A DNA stretch of 64,000 nucleotides from Candidatus Spyradenecus sp. (GTDB lineage: Bacteria > Verrucomicrobiota > Verrucomicrobiia > Opitutales > UBA953), in contig JAZSKX010000014.1 of the NCBI GenBank assembly GCA_045535075.1, forward strand, positions 174,373 through 238,372, in the 5' to 3' direction. Below, piece after piece: positions 1 through 9,869 of the stretch (position 1 is the first letter of the stretch; the number at the start of each line of letters is the position of its first letter). The notes beneath the pieces were generated by a model. The model was not told the origin of the DNA, searched no databases, and worked only from the letters and a program-made list of their open reading frames with translations. The position numbers and the translations under genes were made by a program.

Positions 1-152
1 TGAAATGCGGCGTGGGGCGCATTCGCAAAAACACGGCGTTCGACAACGGACTTGCGCTCTGGGTTTGCGGCGACCAGCTCTGGAAGGGCGCAGCGCTCAA
101 CGCGATTCAAATCGCCGAAGAAATGGATCGCCAAGGCTTGCTGAAAAAGTAA
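1..152 (+). CDS. asd: aspartate-semialdehyde dehydrogenase, C-terminal fragment (5' end outside window)
   Basis: Frame 3 reads ...[35 protein letters not shown] with the stop at 150-152. The D-x-L-x-KGAALNA-x-QIAE block matches the conserved Asd C-terminus as I recall it. Track ORF 5..199, in another frame, looks spurious. Confidence 0.6.
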   Translation, partial: KCGVGRIRKNTAFDNGLALWVCGDQLWKGAALNAIQIAEEMDRQGLLKK

Positions 153-367
153 GCGGACGTGTAACGATTAAAATAATTAAACCGGTTTCAGGGCTTTGAG
201 ACCGGTAATTCTTGGGTTTCCGGACGCGGCGTATCTCGTGCGTGCTTACCGCCGTTTCGCGATTTGCCGTTTCCGGAAAATATTGCCCGTTTTTACATCT
301 CAATCGCTTTTTTGTTTCGTGAATTTTTAAAATCATTAGGATGGAATGAAAATTCCACTTTCTCGAC

Positions 368-2572
368 GTGTTGACCGCTAAACAGCTTGCCCTTGCCGTT
401 GTGCTTCCTGCCCTTATCCTTGCGGGAACGCCTTTCGCTTTTTCCGAAAATATTGAGACCGAACTCGGGGATTCGACGCTTCCTGCCGACGGGCTTCCCG
501 TAACATACACGCGGCTTTCTATCGGGAACGACGGCGTTATTCGCTACGAGGACGCGGAAATCGCGCTCGGTGATATTCACGTGCGTGCGGACGAAGTCGT
601 CTACGATTCGGAAGGAAAAAGCTTTCGCGCAAGCGGCAACGTCCAGCTGAATCTTGAGACGATGCGCGTGCTGACGGATCTTGTCGGTTTGAATCAGGCG
701 ACGGGAGAGATGGAAGCTCAAAATGTTATCGGAGGGGCGGAAATGCTTTTCTTCGATGCGAAGCGGGTTGCCGGCGTTTCTGCTGAGTCGAAGACAATGG
801 AGATTTCCGGCGCGAATGTTTATTTCGCGGAACCGCACTGGAGCTCGGTTTCTTTCAGCACGAATCTCATTTCCTACGATAAGGAGGAAGATTGGCTTCG
901 CCTGGATTCGTCCGTATTTCGTATCGCGGGCGTTCCCGTGCTTCCGTTGCCGCCGCTTTCCACGCCGCGTTTCGAGCGCCCGCCTGTTCGCGTCTGGGCG
1001 AGTTCGGGAAGCAAGTCTTCGACAGGGGTTTATTTCAGCACGACGACGCATCTGACTGTTTTTGATGAGTATGAACCCGGCATTTTGCTGGATTTTTACG
1101 AGCGATCCGGTCCGCTTGTCGGCCCTGCATTAGCGTACGACACGCGTGACGAGGCGAGTACGCGTTGGATGTTCGGCGATTTTCAGTCCGGCTATATCAA
1201 TGATACGGGAACGCGAAACGAAGATATTTACGGGAACGAAATCGGCGGACGCCGAGGCTTCATTAATTGGTTTCATAAACAGCAATTAGATAAGCTTGAA
1301 ATTACGGCTTCGATCCATCGCTGGAGCGATTCGGAAGTCATGGATGATTTCCGTTCGCAAATTTACAACGAAAACCAAAATCCGGATAATTTTGTCGAAC
1401 TCGTCATTCCCGATCGCGCCTACTACATTTCCGCGATTACGCGAATGCACTTGAACGACTATCAAAGCGTTCAGCAGCGGCTTCCGGAAATTCGCTTTGA
1501 TATGATGCCGGACGAAATCGGCAAAACCGGAATTTTTCAGCGTTTCAGCGCTTCGTATGCTTCTCTTGTCGAAGAAAGTTCCGATCAGTATCATCTGACG
1601 CAAACGAATTATCATGGCGATGAATTGAAGAGTTCCCGCGCGGATTTTTATTACGGGTGGGATGCTCCGATTAAGTTCGGTGAAGTTGCAACGCTTACGC
1701 CGGTCGCCGGCGTACGGACGACTTTTTACGGGAGCACGGTACCCGATCGCGATGACACTTATTGGCGCACGCTCGGACAAATCGGCTTTGACTTGCAGTT
1801 TCTGGTGACGGGAACGTCCGGCTACCAAAATAAAACTTGGGGAATTGACGGCTTACGCCACGTCTTGCGCCCGGTTCTCCAATATCGCTACATGCCCGGC
1901 GTCGATTCGCAGAGTTCCCGCATTCCGCAAATCGATCGCGACATTTACCGCGACGCTCCGTCGATTCTCGACCTCGGAGAAAATCGCGCTGTGGATCAGA
2001 TTTACGACGAACATATTTTCCGCTTCGGGCTCGAAAATCTTTTCCAGACACGCGACGAAAAATACGGCTCAAGAGATCTCGCCGAGCTGAATATTTATCA
2101 GGATATCCGGAAGACCGAACGCCCGGTTGACAATCGAAATTGGAGCGACAATTTTGTCGTCCTCAATATTACGCCCGCAAATTGGATTTCTTTCGCCTTT
2201 GCGCATCGGATGGATGTTTACGATTTTAAAACAAAATCGTTTAAATCAAGCGTAACTTTCACCGACGGAGACGTGTGGTCGGCGACGCTCGGCGCGCGCT
2301 TTGTCGCCAACGACGATTTGGCGTATTACGGCTGCGATACGCGAGCCCGGCAATACACGATTCGCGCCGATTATCGTCTGAATTCGTATTTCCAAATTTA
2401 CGGCGATTGGCGTTACGACGACGAAAAAAATTATTTCACGGACCAATATTACGGCTTGCGCCAGCGGCTCGGCAATTCATGGGCAATCGAGTATTACGTT
2501 CGCCATGAACGCGATACGAGCGACGGGTGTGAAGTCTCCGTCGGAATTTCCGCAAGTTTGCTTGCGTATTAA
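368..2572 (+). CDS. LptD/OstA-like outer-membrane LPS-assembly protein
   Basis: 734 aa with a GTG start and a signal-like N-terminus (LALAVVLPALILAGTPFAFS). It has an OstA-like N-terminal region (VRADEVVYDSEGKSFRASGNVQL) and a long aromatic-rich beta-barrel-like C-terminus. The assignment rests on architecture, not on a search. Confidence 0.5.
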   Translation: MLTAKQLALAVVLPALILAGTPFAFSENIETELGDSTLPADGLPVTYTRLSIGNDGVIRYEDAEIALGDIHVRADEVVYDSEGKSFRASGNVQLNLETMRVLTDLVGLNQATGEMEAQNVIGGAEMLFFDAKRVAGVSAESKTMEISGANVYFAEPHWSSVSFSTNLISYDKEEDWLRLDSSVFRIAGVPVLPLPPLSTPRFERPPVRVWASSGSKSSTGVYFSTTTHLTVFDEYEPGILLDFYERSGPLVGPALAYDTRDEASTRWMFGDFQSGYINDTGTRNEDIYGNEIGGRRGFINWFHKQQLDKLEITASIHRWSDSEVMDDFRSQIYNENQNPDNFVELVIPDRAYYISAITRMHLNDYQSVQQRLPEIRFDMMPDEIGKTGIFQRFSASYASLVEESSDQYHLTQTNYHGDELKSSRADFYYGWDAPIKFGEVATLTPVAGVRTTFYGSTVPDRDDTYWRTLGQIGFDLQFLVTGTSGYQNKTWGIDGLRHVLRPVLQYRYMPGVDSQSSRIPQIDRDIYRDAPSILDLGENRAVDQIYDEHIFRFGLENLFQTRDEKYGSRDLAELNIYQDIRKTERPVDNRNWSDNFVVLNITPANWISFAFAHRMDVYDFKTKSFKSSVTFTDGDVWSATLGARFVANDDLAYYGCDTRARQYTIRADYRLNSYFQIYGDWRYDDEKNYFTDQYYGLRQRLGNSWAIEYYVRHERDTSDGCEVSVGISASLLAY

Positions 2573-2581
2573 ACGATCGGA

Positions 2582-3475
2582 ATGAGCGAGGCATCGGCAG
2601 TTTCTTCGCAGAGCGTTCCCGATAAGGAGCTCCGCGTCGGCGCGGTTCGGGACGGGCTCTTTCCGGATGCCGTTCCCGCGGTTCGGCTTTCAAAATTTGA
2701 AGGTCCGCTTGATCTTTTGCTTTTTCTGATTAGAAAAAACGAGATTGATATTTACGACATTCCCATTGCCGAGGTCGCGCGCCAGTACATGGAAATTCTG
2801 CGCAAAAACGAGCAGATGAACATCGATGTTGCGGGAGAATTTTTCGTTATGGCGGCAACGCTCATGTACATCAAGAGCCGGATGCTTTTGCCGACAAGTG
2901 AAATGCCGGCGGACGCGGATGCCGGCGAACACGGTGAAGATGATCTTGACCCGCGCTGGCAACTTGTCCGCCAGCTGATTCAATATCGCCGCCTTAAGGA
3001 ATCTGCGCGCTATATCGCGGATTTGATTGAAAAACAGCAGAATTTTCTTCCGCGGGAAATTGCCAAGCCGGAATCCGACGAAGAGCGTCCGCTCGCTCCG
3101 CTAGGGAAAATGGACCTTTGGAATGTTTTTAATCTCGTCCTCAAACGCCTTTCCGAACGCATCCTTCCCGGCGAAATTCAAGATGACTCCGTTACGATTT
3201 CCGCTCGTATGGAAGTAATTATTGAGCGCTTGAAAACGCAGAAATCATTTACGTTTACCTCGCTACTTCCCGAAAAAATCACGATTCCGATGCTGGCGAC
3301 AACGTTTCTTGCCTGCCTCGAACTCGCGCGCCTCGGGCAAATGACTGTACGACAGGACGACCTTTTCGGCGAAATTTATTGTGATGCACGCGACCCGGGA
3401 GAGGAAATCGCCGCTCCCGCCAACGGAGAGCAAGTTCACGACGATCCTCTTTTTTCGGAGCTTGACCGACAATGA
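2582..3475 (+). CDS. scpA: segregation and condensation protein A (kleisin)
   Basis: FEGPLDLLLFLIRKNEIDIYDIPIAEVARQYMEIL is the canonical ScpA N-terminal block. The length of 297 aa fits the family. Confidence 0.85.
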   Translation: MSEASAVSSQSVPDKELRVGAVRDGLFPDAVPAVRLSKFEGPLDLLLFLIRKNEIDIYDIPIAEVARQYMEILRKNEQMNIDVAGEFFVMAATLMYIKSRMLLPTSEMPADADAGEHGEDDLDPRWQLVRQLIQYRRLKESARYIADLIEKQQNFLPREIAKPESDEERPLAPLGKMDLWNVFNLVLKRLSERILPGEIQDDSVTISARMEVIIERLKTQKSFTFTSLLPEKITIPMLATTFLACLELARLGQMTVRQDDLFGEIYCDARDPGEEIAAPANGEQVHDDPLFSELDRQ

Positions 3476-4062
3476 GAATCACGGGAGGAACAGCGCGGGG
3501 AATTCCGCTTGCGCTCCCGCAACGGGGCGAAATTCGACCGGCGACGGATTACATTCGCGAGGCGGTTTTTTCGTCGCTCGGCGATTTGCCCGAAGACGCG
3601 CGAATCTTGGACGTTTTTGCGGGAACGGGAGCCTATGCGCTTGAAGCGATTTCCCGCGGGGCGCGCTCGGCTTGCCTGATTGATAAAAACGCGGCGGCAA
3701 CGGCAATTCAAAAAAAGAATTTTTCTGCGGTGAAAAAATCTTTGGAAGCAGCAGGCAAGGGCGTTCCCGTGGTCGATTTTTTGTCGTTAGATTTGCTTAA
3801 GGAAAATCCGTTCCCGCAGAATTTTGCGCGTTTCGATTTGATTTTTTGCGATCCTCCGTGGGCGCTGTGGAAAAGTGCGCAAATTAATCGTTTCGTCGAA
3901 TTGCTCGCGGCTTGTGTTGATGATGCAACGCCTTGGGCGCGCCTGATTTTGGAAGCGCCGAGCGGCTTTGAGCCTCCCGTTCCCGTTGCGTGGGAGCTCG
4001 CCAAACGTATCGGGAAAAAAGGCAAAGATCAGCCTGTCGCAGCCGTTTTAAAGCGCGCCTAA
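3472..4062 (+). CDS. rsmD: 16S rRNA (guanine966-N2)-methyltransferase RsmD
   Basis: MRITGGTARG...RPATDYIREAVFSSLG, the SAM motif DVFAGTGAYALEAISRGA and the DPPW motif. Its start overlaps the scpA stop by 4 nt. Confidence 0.8.
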   Translation: MRITGGTARGIPLALPQRGEIRPATDYIREAVFSSLGDLPEDARILDVFAGTGAYALEAISRGARSACLIDKNAAATAIQKKNFSAVKKSLEAAGKGVPVVDFLSLDLLKENPFPQNFARFDLIFCDPPWALWKSAQINRFVELLAACVDDATPWARLILEAPSGFEPPVPVAWELAKRIGKKGKDQPVAAVLKRA

Positions 4063-4793
4063 AATTCTTCGCCGTTGACGAAAAGGCGTTTGATGACGGG
4101 CGTGCCGTCGCTGCGGAGGAAAAGCTCGGCGGAAACGTCCGTCATGCTCCCGCGGTATTTTTTATCAAATTCCTTGGCTTTTTCTTCTGCGAGGTAAAAC
4201 CGGTGGTTCGGGAAAAAAATACGGGGATTTTCAAACGAGAAAAGCAAGTCGCTTTCCGCCAAGGCGGGAACGTTTTCGGGAAGCGTTTTGTTGTCTTGCA
4301 GGAGCGGATTGCTGATGCGAATGTTCCAATATTTCGTTTGCTTGAGCGACAAGGCGATTTTTCCCGCCTGCGGGTTGGCGTTGAAATCAATTTTCGGGTC
4401 AGAAGTCGTTACGCGCTCCACTTCCCAAAGTCCGGTTTCGGGAACGGGCGCGAGCACGAGCCAAAGCTCCGGAACCGGATTGTCGTAACCGTAAGCGTAG
4501 GCAAATTCGTAGGACGTTTTCCCTTTGAGGACATATTCCATTTTAAGCGAAAACTTTCCGCGAATTTGCTTTTGCGCGGCTTCGTCGAATTTTGAAAACG
4601 GAATGTTGTCCAAAATTTTAAAATCGAGCGGCAAATAATGTCCGCGCAAAAAATCGCGCGGGTCGTAAGACGTGCATTGGAGGCGGAAGGTCGGATTGTT
4701 GCGCCATTCGCGTTCCCGCAGAAATGACACAAACGCGATGCCCGCGACTTGCGCGGCGAGAAGAAGGGCGACGAGAAAAATTCTGAACTTCAT
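4059..4793 (-). CDS. GDYXXLXY-domain membrane-anchored protein
   Basis: N-terminal TM anchor. DPRDFLRGHYLPLDF matches the GDYXXLXY signature region. Confidence 0.6.
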   Translation of the reverse strand: MKFRIFLVALLLAAQVAGIAFVSFLREREWRNNPTFRLQCTSYDPRDFLRGHYLPLDFKILDNIPFSKFDEAAQKQIRGKFSLKMEYVLKGKTSYEFAYAYGYDNPVPELWLVLAPVPETGLWEVERVTTSDPKIDFNANPQAGKIALSLKQTKYWNIRISNPLLQDNKTLPENVPALAESDLLFSFENPRIFFPNHRFYLAEEKAKEFDKKYRGSMTDVSAELFLRSDGTPVIKRLFVNGEEF

Positions 4794-4821
4794 AAAAAGA
4801 AAGACTGACGGTTAAGATTTT

Positions 4822-6003
4822 CTAAAGACCGGATTCCGCTTGCTGTTGTTCGCTGTCTTTGATTTTTGCCGTGATTTTGCGGCGACCGCGTTCGAGAAAA
4901 TACCCGAAAACGAGCAAGAACGTTCCCGCCAGAATCAGCGCGAACCCGCTACTCGTGAGCGAGCCGACAACTTCGACGGCGAGCGCGAGCGCGGCGAGCA
5001 AAATCATCAGCGCGCCGAGATTGACGTAGAATTTTCGCGCAACTTGCGCGCCGAGCACCATCGCGGCGCTCCCGCAAACAAAAAGCGTGCCCATCATCGC
5101 GGCGTGGAGAAAATCGTCTCCGGGATTATTTTTGCACGAATCCGCATAACTTAAAGCGAGCGGAACGAGCGGGAGCGCGCCGAGTAAAATCGCGGCAGCA
5201 ACGCCGAGCTTGTTCAGCTTTTCCCAGAAAGAAACGAGGAGCGCGGCGAGCAAAATTGCGGTCGCGGGAACGAGCGCAAAAAGCGAGTTCGGGTAAAAAT
5301 TGACTTCGTCGTAACAAAAAATCTGCGCCATGAAGACGAGTATCGGAAACGCTGTCCACGCCGCGAGCGGACCGTAGCCGCGAAAGCGTTCCCGCGTTTC
5401 TTCCTTCAGGTTGCCGACAAAAATTCCGAGCGCGGAAACGCCCGTGAAAAACGCTAAAAAGTAAAAGTAGGAAACAGCGTCTCTTCCGCCGTCGATTTCA
5501 TCGAGTTTGAGTCCGAGCCAAATGCCTGCCGCGACGAGCGAGAGCACGAAAACGCCGCGCAGGCGCACGAGCCAAGGAATCAGAAAAATCCCGAGAAACC
5601 ACACGCCGATCGCTTTCGACGGTTCCGAGGAAATTTGGTAAATCTGCCCGTAAAGCGCAATGTTCGCAAGCCACGTTCCCGCGCCGACGAGGCAAAGCCC
5701 TTCGCCGAGAATCGGGCGCGGATTTTCTTTCCGGCAAATAAACCGCAGCCCGAAAATCCAAAACGCGAGCATGATTGCGGCGGCGGAAATTTGTTTCGCC
5801 AAAGGCGGAATCGCTTCCCAGTTCGCGGAAATCAGCAGGATAATTCCCGCCAGCACGAGAAGCCCGCCGACGCTCGAAAGCGCAATCAGCAGATAGTTGC
5901 GGGACGCGGAAGGCGTGAGTTTTAATTGTTCGACAATCGCGTCTTTCTGTTCCCGTGAAATTAAACCCAGTTCGAGGAGCTTTTCGGCATCGGAATACTT
6001 CAT
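4822..6003 (-). CDS. polytopic membrane protein (DUF2157/DUF4401-like)
   Basis: 393 aa with about 10 hydrophobic helices. It lies immediately upstream of, and is co-oriented with, the GDYXXLXY gene, which is the usual partner arrangement. Confidence 0.5.
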   Translation of the reverse strand: MKYSDAEKLLELGLISREQKDAIVEQLKLTPSASRNYLLIALSSVGGLLVLAGIILLISANWEAIPPLAKQISAAAIMLAFWIFGLRFICRKENPRPILGEGLCLVGAGTWLANIALYGQIYQISSEPSKAIGVWFLGIFLIPWLVRLRGVFVLSLVAAGIWLGLKLDEIDGGRDAVSYFYFLAFFTGVSALGIFVGNLKEETRERFRGYGPLAAWTAFPILVFMAQIFCYDEVNFYPNSLFALVPATAILLAALLVSFWEKLNKLGVAAAILLGALPLVPLALSYADSCKNNPGDDFLHAAMMGTLFVCGSAAMVLGAQVARKFYVNLGALMILLAALALAVEVVGSLTSSGFALILAGTFLLVFGYFLERGRRKITAKIKDSEQQQAESGL

Positions 6004-6085
6004 GAGGAAATTTTGGCAAATTTAAACCAAAAGAAAAGAGAAACTTACTTTGCGTTTTCGGGAATTCAAATGCTATTATTGAAGT

Positions 6086-6844
6086 ATGAAAAAACTCTCT
6101 AAAATTTTCGCGGGAACACTTTTTTGTATCGCGTCTCTGACGACTCTTTTGGCGGGAACGCTCCCGGGGTCGCTGAAACCCGAGCCGCATCAACGCGACA
6201 CTTACGGTTGGGCGAATCGCCACGCCGCCGTTCTGTTTCGCAACAAGACGGTAAAACCCGCCTATGTTTTTTTCGGCGACAGTATCACGCATTGGTGGGG
6301 CGGCGAACCGAAAAGCACAATGCCCGTTGTGGGTGCCGATTCCTGGGAAAAGCTTTTCGGACGCCATCTCGTGACCAATTGCGGTTTCGGATTTGATTAT
6401 ATTGACAACGCTTACTATCGCGCCGAAAACGGAGAGCTCGACGGCATCGTGCCGCGTGTCATTCTCGTCAATCTCGGAACGAATAACATCGGACATCGCG
6501 GCGATTCCGCCAAAGTTTGCGGAGATAACATGGCGGCGTTTGTTAAATTGCTGCGCAAGAAATCGCCGAGAGCAAAAATTCTTCTGATCGGCGTGTATCC
6601 GCGTCGGGAAGAGCGCCTCGCCGATACGATTGAAGAAACGAACGTGCTTTACGAAAAGATTGCGGATAATAAGCATGTTTTCTTCATCAATCCGGGGACT
6701 CTTTTGCTTGCGGAGGGTAAGAAAACCGCCGAACCGAAATTCATGCGCGATCGTGTTCATTTAAATGCTGCGGGTTACCGCATTATCGGTGCGGAAATTG
6801 CCGAAAAGCTCAAAGAAATCGATCCGCTTTATACCAAGGAATAA
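6086..6844 (+). CDS. secreted SGNH/GDSL hydrolase (acetylesterase-like)
   Basis: Signal peptide, block I FFGDSITHWW, block III LGTNN, and C-terminal DRVHLN (D-x-x-H). Confidence 0.7.
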   Translation: MKKLSKIFAGTLFCIASLTTLLAGTLPGSLKPEPHQRDTYGWANRHAAVLFRNKTVKPAYVFFGDSITHWWGGEPKSTMPVVGADSWEKLFGRHLVTNCGFGFDYIDNAYYRAENGELDGIVPRVILVNLGTNNIGHRGDSAKVCGDNMAAFVKLLRKKSPRAKILLIGVYPRREERLADTIEETNVLYEKIADNKHVFFINPGTLLLAEGKKTAEPKFMRDRVHLNAAGYRIIGAEIAEKLKEIDPLYTKE

Positions 6845-6961
6845 CTTACGGCAGAGGCGTTCCCGCGAAAAGTTTCGTAAATTTTTGAATTTCAAAAAAT
6901 GCGGGGAAAGGTGTATAAATGCGCAATCGTATTTATACTTAACTTTATAGAATCCTAAATT

Positions 6962-7888
6962 ATGATGAAAGTTGCTGTTATCGGCGCCGGCGGGCGCGTA
7001 GGTTCCAATGCCGCATTTGCGCTTCAATGCTCCGGCGTGGTTAGTGAAATCGTTTGCCTCGACGTTAATCAGGCGATGGCGGAAGGCGAAGCGCTCGACC
7101 TTCTGCACGGCGCTCCGCTGTGTGGCGACCAGGTGATTCGCGCGGGAACATACGCCGATTGTGCGGATATGGATTGCATCGTTATTACTGCGGGTTTGCG
7201 CCGCAAACCGGACGAATCGCGCCTTGACCTCATTAACCGCAACGTTTCGCTGTTCAAAACCATTCTCGGCGAAATCAAAAACGCCGGGCTCAAACGCGAT
7301 GCGATTATTCTCGTCGTTTCGAATCCGGTTGATATTTTGACGCAACTTGCCGTCGAATTCCTCGGTCTTCCCGCACAGCAGGTTTTGGGCTTGGGGACCG
7401 TGCTCGATACGTCCCGTTTCAATGCGTTGATTGCGGAATCGCTCGGCGTGGCTCCGACCCAGGTGAATGCGCTGATTCTCGGCGAACACGGCGATTCTAT
7501 GCTTCCGGTCTGGTCGTCCGCGAGTATTGCCGGATTGCCGCTTTCCAAGTTCAAAAATGTTACGCCGAGTTGGCAAAATCAGATTTTTGAGCGCACGAAA
7601 AAATCCGGGGCGGAAGTAATTTCCCGCAAGGGTGGCGCCGGTTGGGCGGTCGGGACTTCGATTCGCGCCGTCGTCGATGCCATCGCGCTTGATCGCAAAT
7701 GTATTATGCCGGTCTCTTCGCTTGTCGACGGCCCGTACGGCATTCGCGGCGTTTGCATCAGCGTGCCGACGGTTGTCGGGCGTTGCGGCGTTGTCAAACA
7801 TGTCGAGCTTGAGCTTTGGCCGAAGGAAATGTCGGCGTTGCAGGCTTCGGCGGCGAATTTGAAAAATACGCGCGCCGGTATTAAATAA
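6962..7888 (+). CDS. mdh: malate dehydrogenase (LDH-like family)
   Basis: MKVAVIGAGGRVG Rossmann motif, ITAGLRRKPDESRLDL, and GEHGDS. An Arg at the position that is Gln in true LDHs (AGLRRKP) argues for malate specificity. Confidence 0.7.
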   Translation: MMKVAVIGAGGRVGSNAAFALQCSGVVSEIVCLDVNQAMAEGEALDLLHGAPLCGDQVIRAGTYADCADMDCIVITAGLRRKPDESRLDLINRNVSLFKTILGEIKNAGLKRDAIILVVSNPVDILTQLAVEFLGLPAQQVLGLGTVLDTSRFNALIAESLGVAPTQVNALILGEHGDSMLPVWSSASIAGLPLSKFKNVTPSWQNQIFERTKKSGAEVISRKGGAGWAVGTSIRAVVDAIALDRKCIMPVSSLVDGPYGIRGVCISVPTVVGRCGVVKHVELELWPKEMSALQASAANLKNTRAGIK

Positions 7889-7905
7889 TTACATTTCCGC
7901 TGATG

Positions 7906-7943
7906 AAAAACGTTCCCGTGAGTGCTTGCGGGAACGTTTTTTT
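7906..7943 (+). terminator. intrinsic terminator built from an inverted CGGGAACG pair
   Basis: AAAAACGTTCCCG-tgagtgcttg-CGGGAACGTTTTTTT, 18 nt after the mdh stop. Confidence 0.75.
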
Positions 7944-7963
7944 GTAAACAAACTTTCCTTACA

Positions 7964-9139
7964 ATGAGGTTTACCGATCGTTTTAATTTTTCGATGACTC
8001 CTAATCGCTGGACCCGCGCGTTGCGCGAGGCTCGGGCGGACGGGCGATCGCTTTTGGATTTGGCGATTTCGAATCCGACAAATGCCGGATTCATGTGGGA
8101 AAAGGAAATTTTGGAAAAAGCGCTTACGGCGGACGGGATCGCAGGCTACAAGCCGAGTTCCCGCGGGAATGTCGAGGCGCGTCGATCCGTCGCAGGTTTT
8201 TACGCCGAAACGCATCGCGCCTGCGTTGCGCCGGAACAAATTCACCTGACGGCGAGTACGAGTGAAGCGTATTCCTGGATTTTGAAATTGCTCTGTAATC
8301 CGGGCGACAACATTGTCATGCCGACTCCGTCATATCCGCTGATTTCCTTTTTGTGTTGTATGGAAAATACGGATACACGCGAGTACAATTTGCGCTATGA
8401 CGGCACGCGTTGGGCGCTCGATTTTGAATCGCTCGAACGGGCAACGGATGAGCGGACGCGGGCGATTTTTTGCGTCAATCCGAACAATCCGACGGGGTCG
8501 AGCTTTTCTCCGGAAGAGCGGAGGCGGCTTGAGGCGTTTGCGCGGGAACGCGATTTGCCCCTGGTTGTCGATGAAGTTTTTCTCGAATATATGCGCGATC
8601 CGGCGGAGAGTTTTGCGAACGCGAATTCCGGCGCGGTTTTTGTTTTGGGCGGGCTTTCCAAAACGGCGGCGCTCCCGCAAATCAAAGCAGGTTGGATTAT
8701 TACTTGCGGAGAAGAAAAATGGCGCGACGAAGCGCTTGCGCGGTTGGATTTTATCGCGGATACGTTTTTGTCGGTGAGTACGCCTGCGCAGCTTGCGGTT
8801 CCGCATTTGTTGCGTGAGGCGTTTAAAATTCGGGAACGCATTTCAAAACGCTTGGAGGAAAATGAGCGGCAGTTGCGCGAATGGTGCGCACGTTCCCGCG
8901 ACCTGGAATTTCTGAATCGCGAAGGCGGCTGGTACGGCATCGTTCGTTTGCCGCGCGGGATTGAAGAAGAATCGCTTGCGACGGATTTGCTTCGTCGCGA
9001 AGGCGTGATTGTGCATCCGGGTTATTTTTACGACTTGGAAGCCGTTCCCGCGCCGCATTTGGTTTTTTCATTGTTGGCGAAAGAAGCGGATTTCCTTGCC
9101 GCGTTCCCGCGGATGGATGCGGCAATTCTGCGTAATTAA
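7964..9139 (+). CDS. PLP-dependent aminotransferase, class I/II
   Basis: NPNNPTGS and GGLSKTAALPQIKAGW (PLP-lysine motif). The ATG at 7964 is preferred because the track start at 7922 lies inside the mdh terminator. Confidence 0.7.
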   Translation: MRFTDRFNFSMTPNRWTRALREARADGRSLLDLAISNPTNAGFMWEKEILEKALTADGIAGYKPSSRGNVEARRSVAGFYAETHRACVAPEQIHLTASTSEAYSWILKLLCNPGDNIVMPTPSYPLISFLCCMENTDTREYNLRYDGTRWALDFESLERATDERTRAIFCVNPNNPTGSSFSPEERRRLEAFARERDLPLVVDEVFLEYMRDPAESFANANSGAVFVLGGLSKTAALPQIKAGWIITCGEEKWRDEALARLDFIADTFLSVSTPAQLAVPHLLREAFKIRERISKRLEENERQLREWCARSRDLEFLNREGGWYGIVRLPRGIEEESLATDLLRREGVIVHPGYFYDLEAVPAPHLVFSLLAKEADFLAAFPRMDAAILRN

Positions 9140-9176
9140 ATTGCCAGCGAAGAAGCTCTCGATTTTTATATTTCTC

Positions 9177-9857
9177 ATGGCTTTATCTTTTATCGTAATT
9201 GCCGTAGACGGCGGTGCGGCTTCCGGAAAATCTTCCACTTCGCGTGCCTTGGCGGCTCGGTTTAACTTGCTTCATGTCGATACCGGTGCGCATTACCGGA
9301 CTGTCGCGCTTTCGCTTTTGAAGCGAGGAGTCGATTCCCCGGAAGCGTTTGAGGCTGCCGAAAGCGATTTGCTTTCTCATCTCGAATTGGGAACGGAAAT
9401 TTGCGGGAACGAAGCGGCAATGAGCATCAGCGGTAGCGTTCCCGCAAGCGAGGAAATTCGCAATGATGCGGTCAACGCCGTTGTCTCCCGTTTTGCCGCA
9501 CTTCCCGCCGTCCGCAAATTCCTTTTCGACTATCAGCGCTCGCAAGCAAAAGTGGCGGAAGAAAACGGATTTTCCGGGCTCATTATGGACGGGCGCGATA
9601 TCGGATCCGTGATTTTCCCTGACGCCGACTTGCGGATTTTCCTGACTGCGGATGTCGCAGCGCGGGAACGCCGCCGCGCGGCGGAAGGAATCGGCGACTC
9701 GATTGCTTCGCGCGATAAGTTGGATGCTTCCCGCAAGACGGCTCCCTTGGCATGCCCGGAAGGTGCGACGCTGATTGATAGCACGTTCTTGAATTTAGAA
9801 CAGGTTGTCGATAAAATCTCCGATATGATTCGGGAAAAAATCGCCCGAAACGCATAA
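9177..9857 (+). CDS. cmk: cytidylate kinase
   Basis: IVIAVDGGAASGKSSTSRALAARFNLLHVDTGAHYR. The start was moved to the ATG at 9177; the track's N-terminal extension overlaps the upstream gene. Confidence 0.85.
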   Translation: MALSFIVIAVDGGAASGKSSTSRALAARFNLLHVDTGAHYRTVALSLLKRGVDSPEAFEAAESDLLSHLELGTEICGNEAAMSISGSVPASEEIRNDAVNAVVSRFAALPAVRKFLFDYQRSQAKVAEENGFSGLIMDGRDIGSVIFPDADLRIFLTADVAARERRRAAEGIGDSIASRDKLDASRKTAPLACPEGATLIDSTFLNLEQVVDKISDMIREKIARNA

Positions 9858-9869
9858 CTCTCTCAACTC

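Noticed and set aside
5-199. 64-aa plus-strand ORF at the window start
   Set aside because: It is an Arg-rich frame overlapping the asd C-terminal frame, which carries the conserved KGAALNA-QIAE block.
5498-7801. Minus-strand ORFs 5498..6760 (420 aa) and 6761..7801 (346 aa)
   Set aside because: They overlap the SGNH hydrolase and mdh genes in antisense, and partly overlap the DUF2157-like gene in another frame. No motifs are present.
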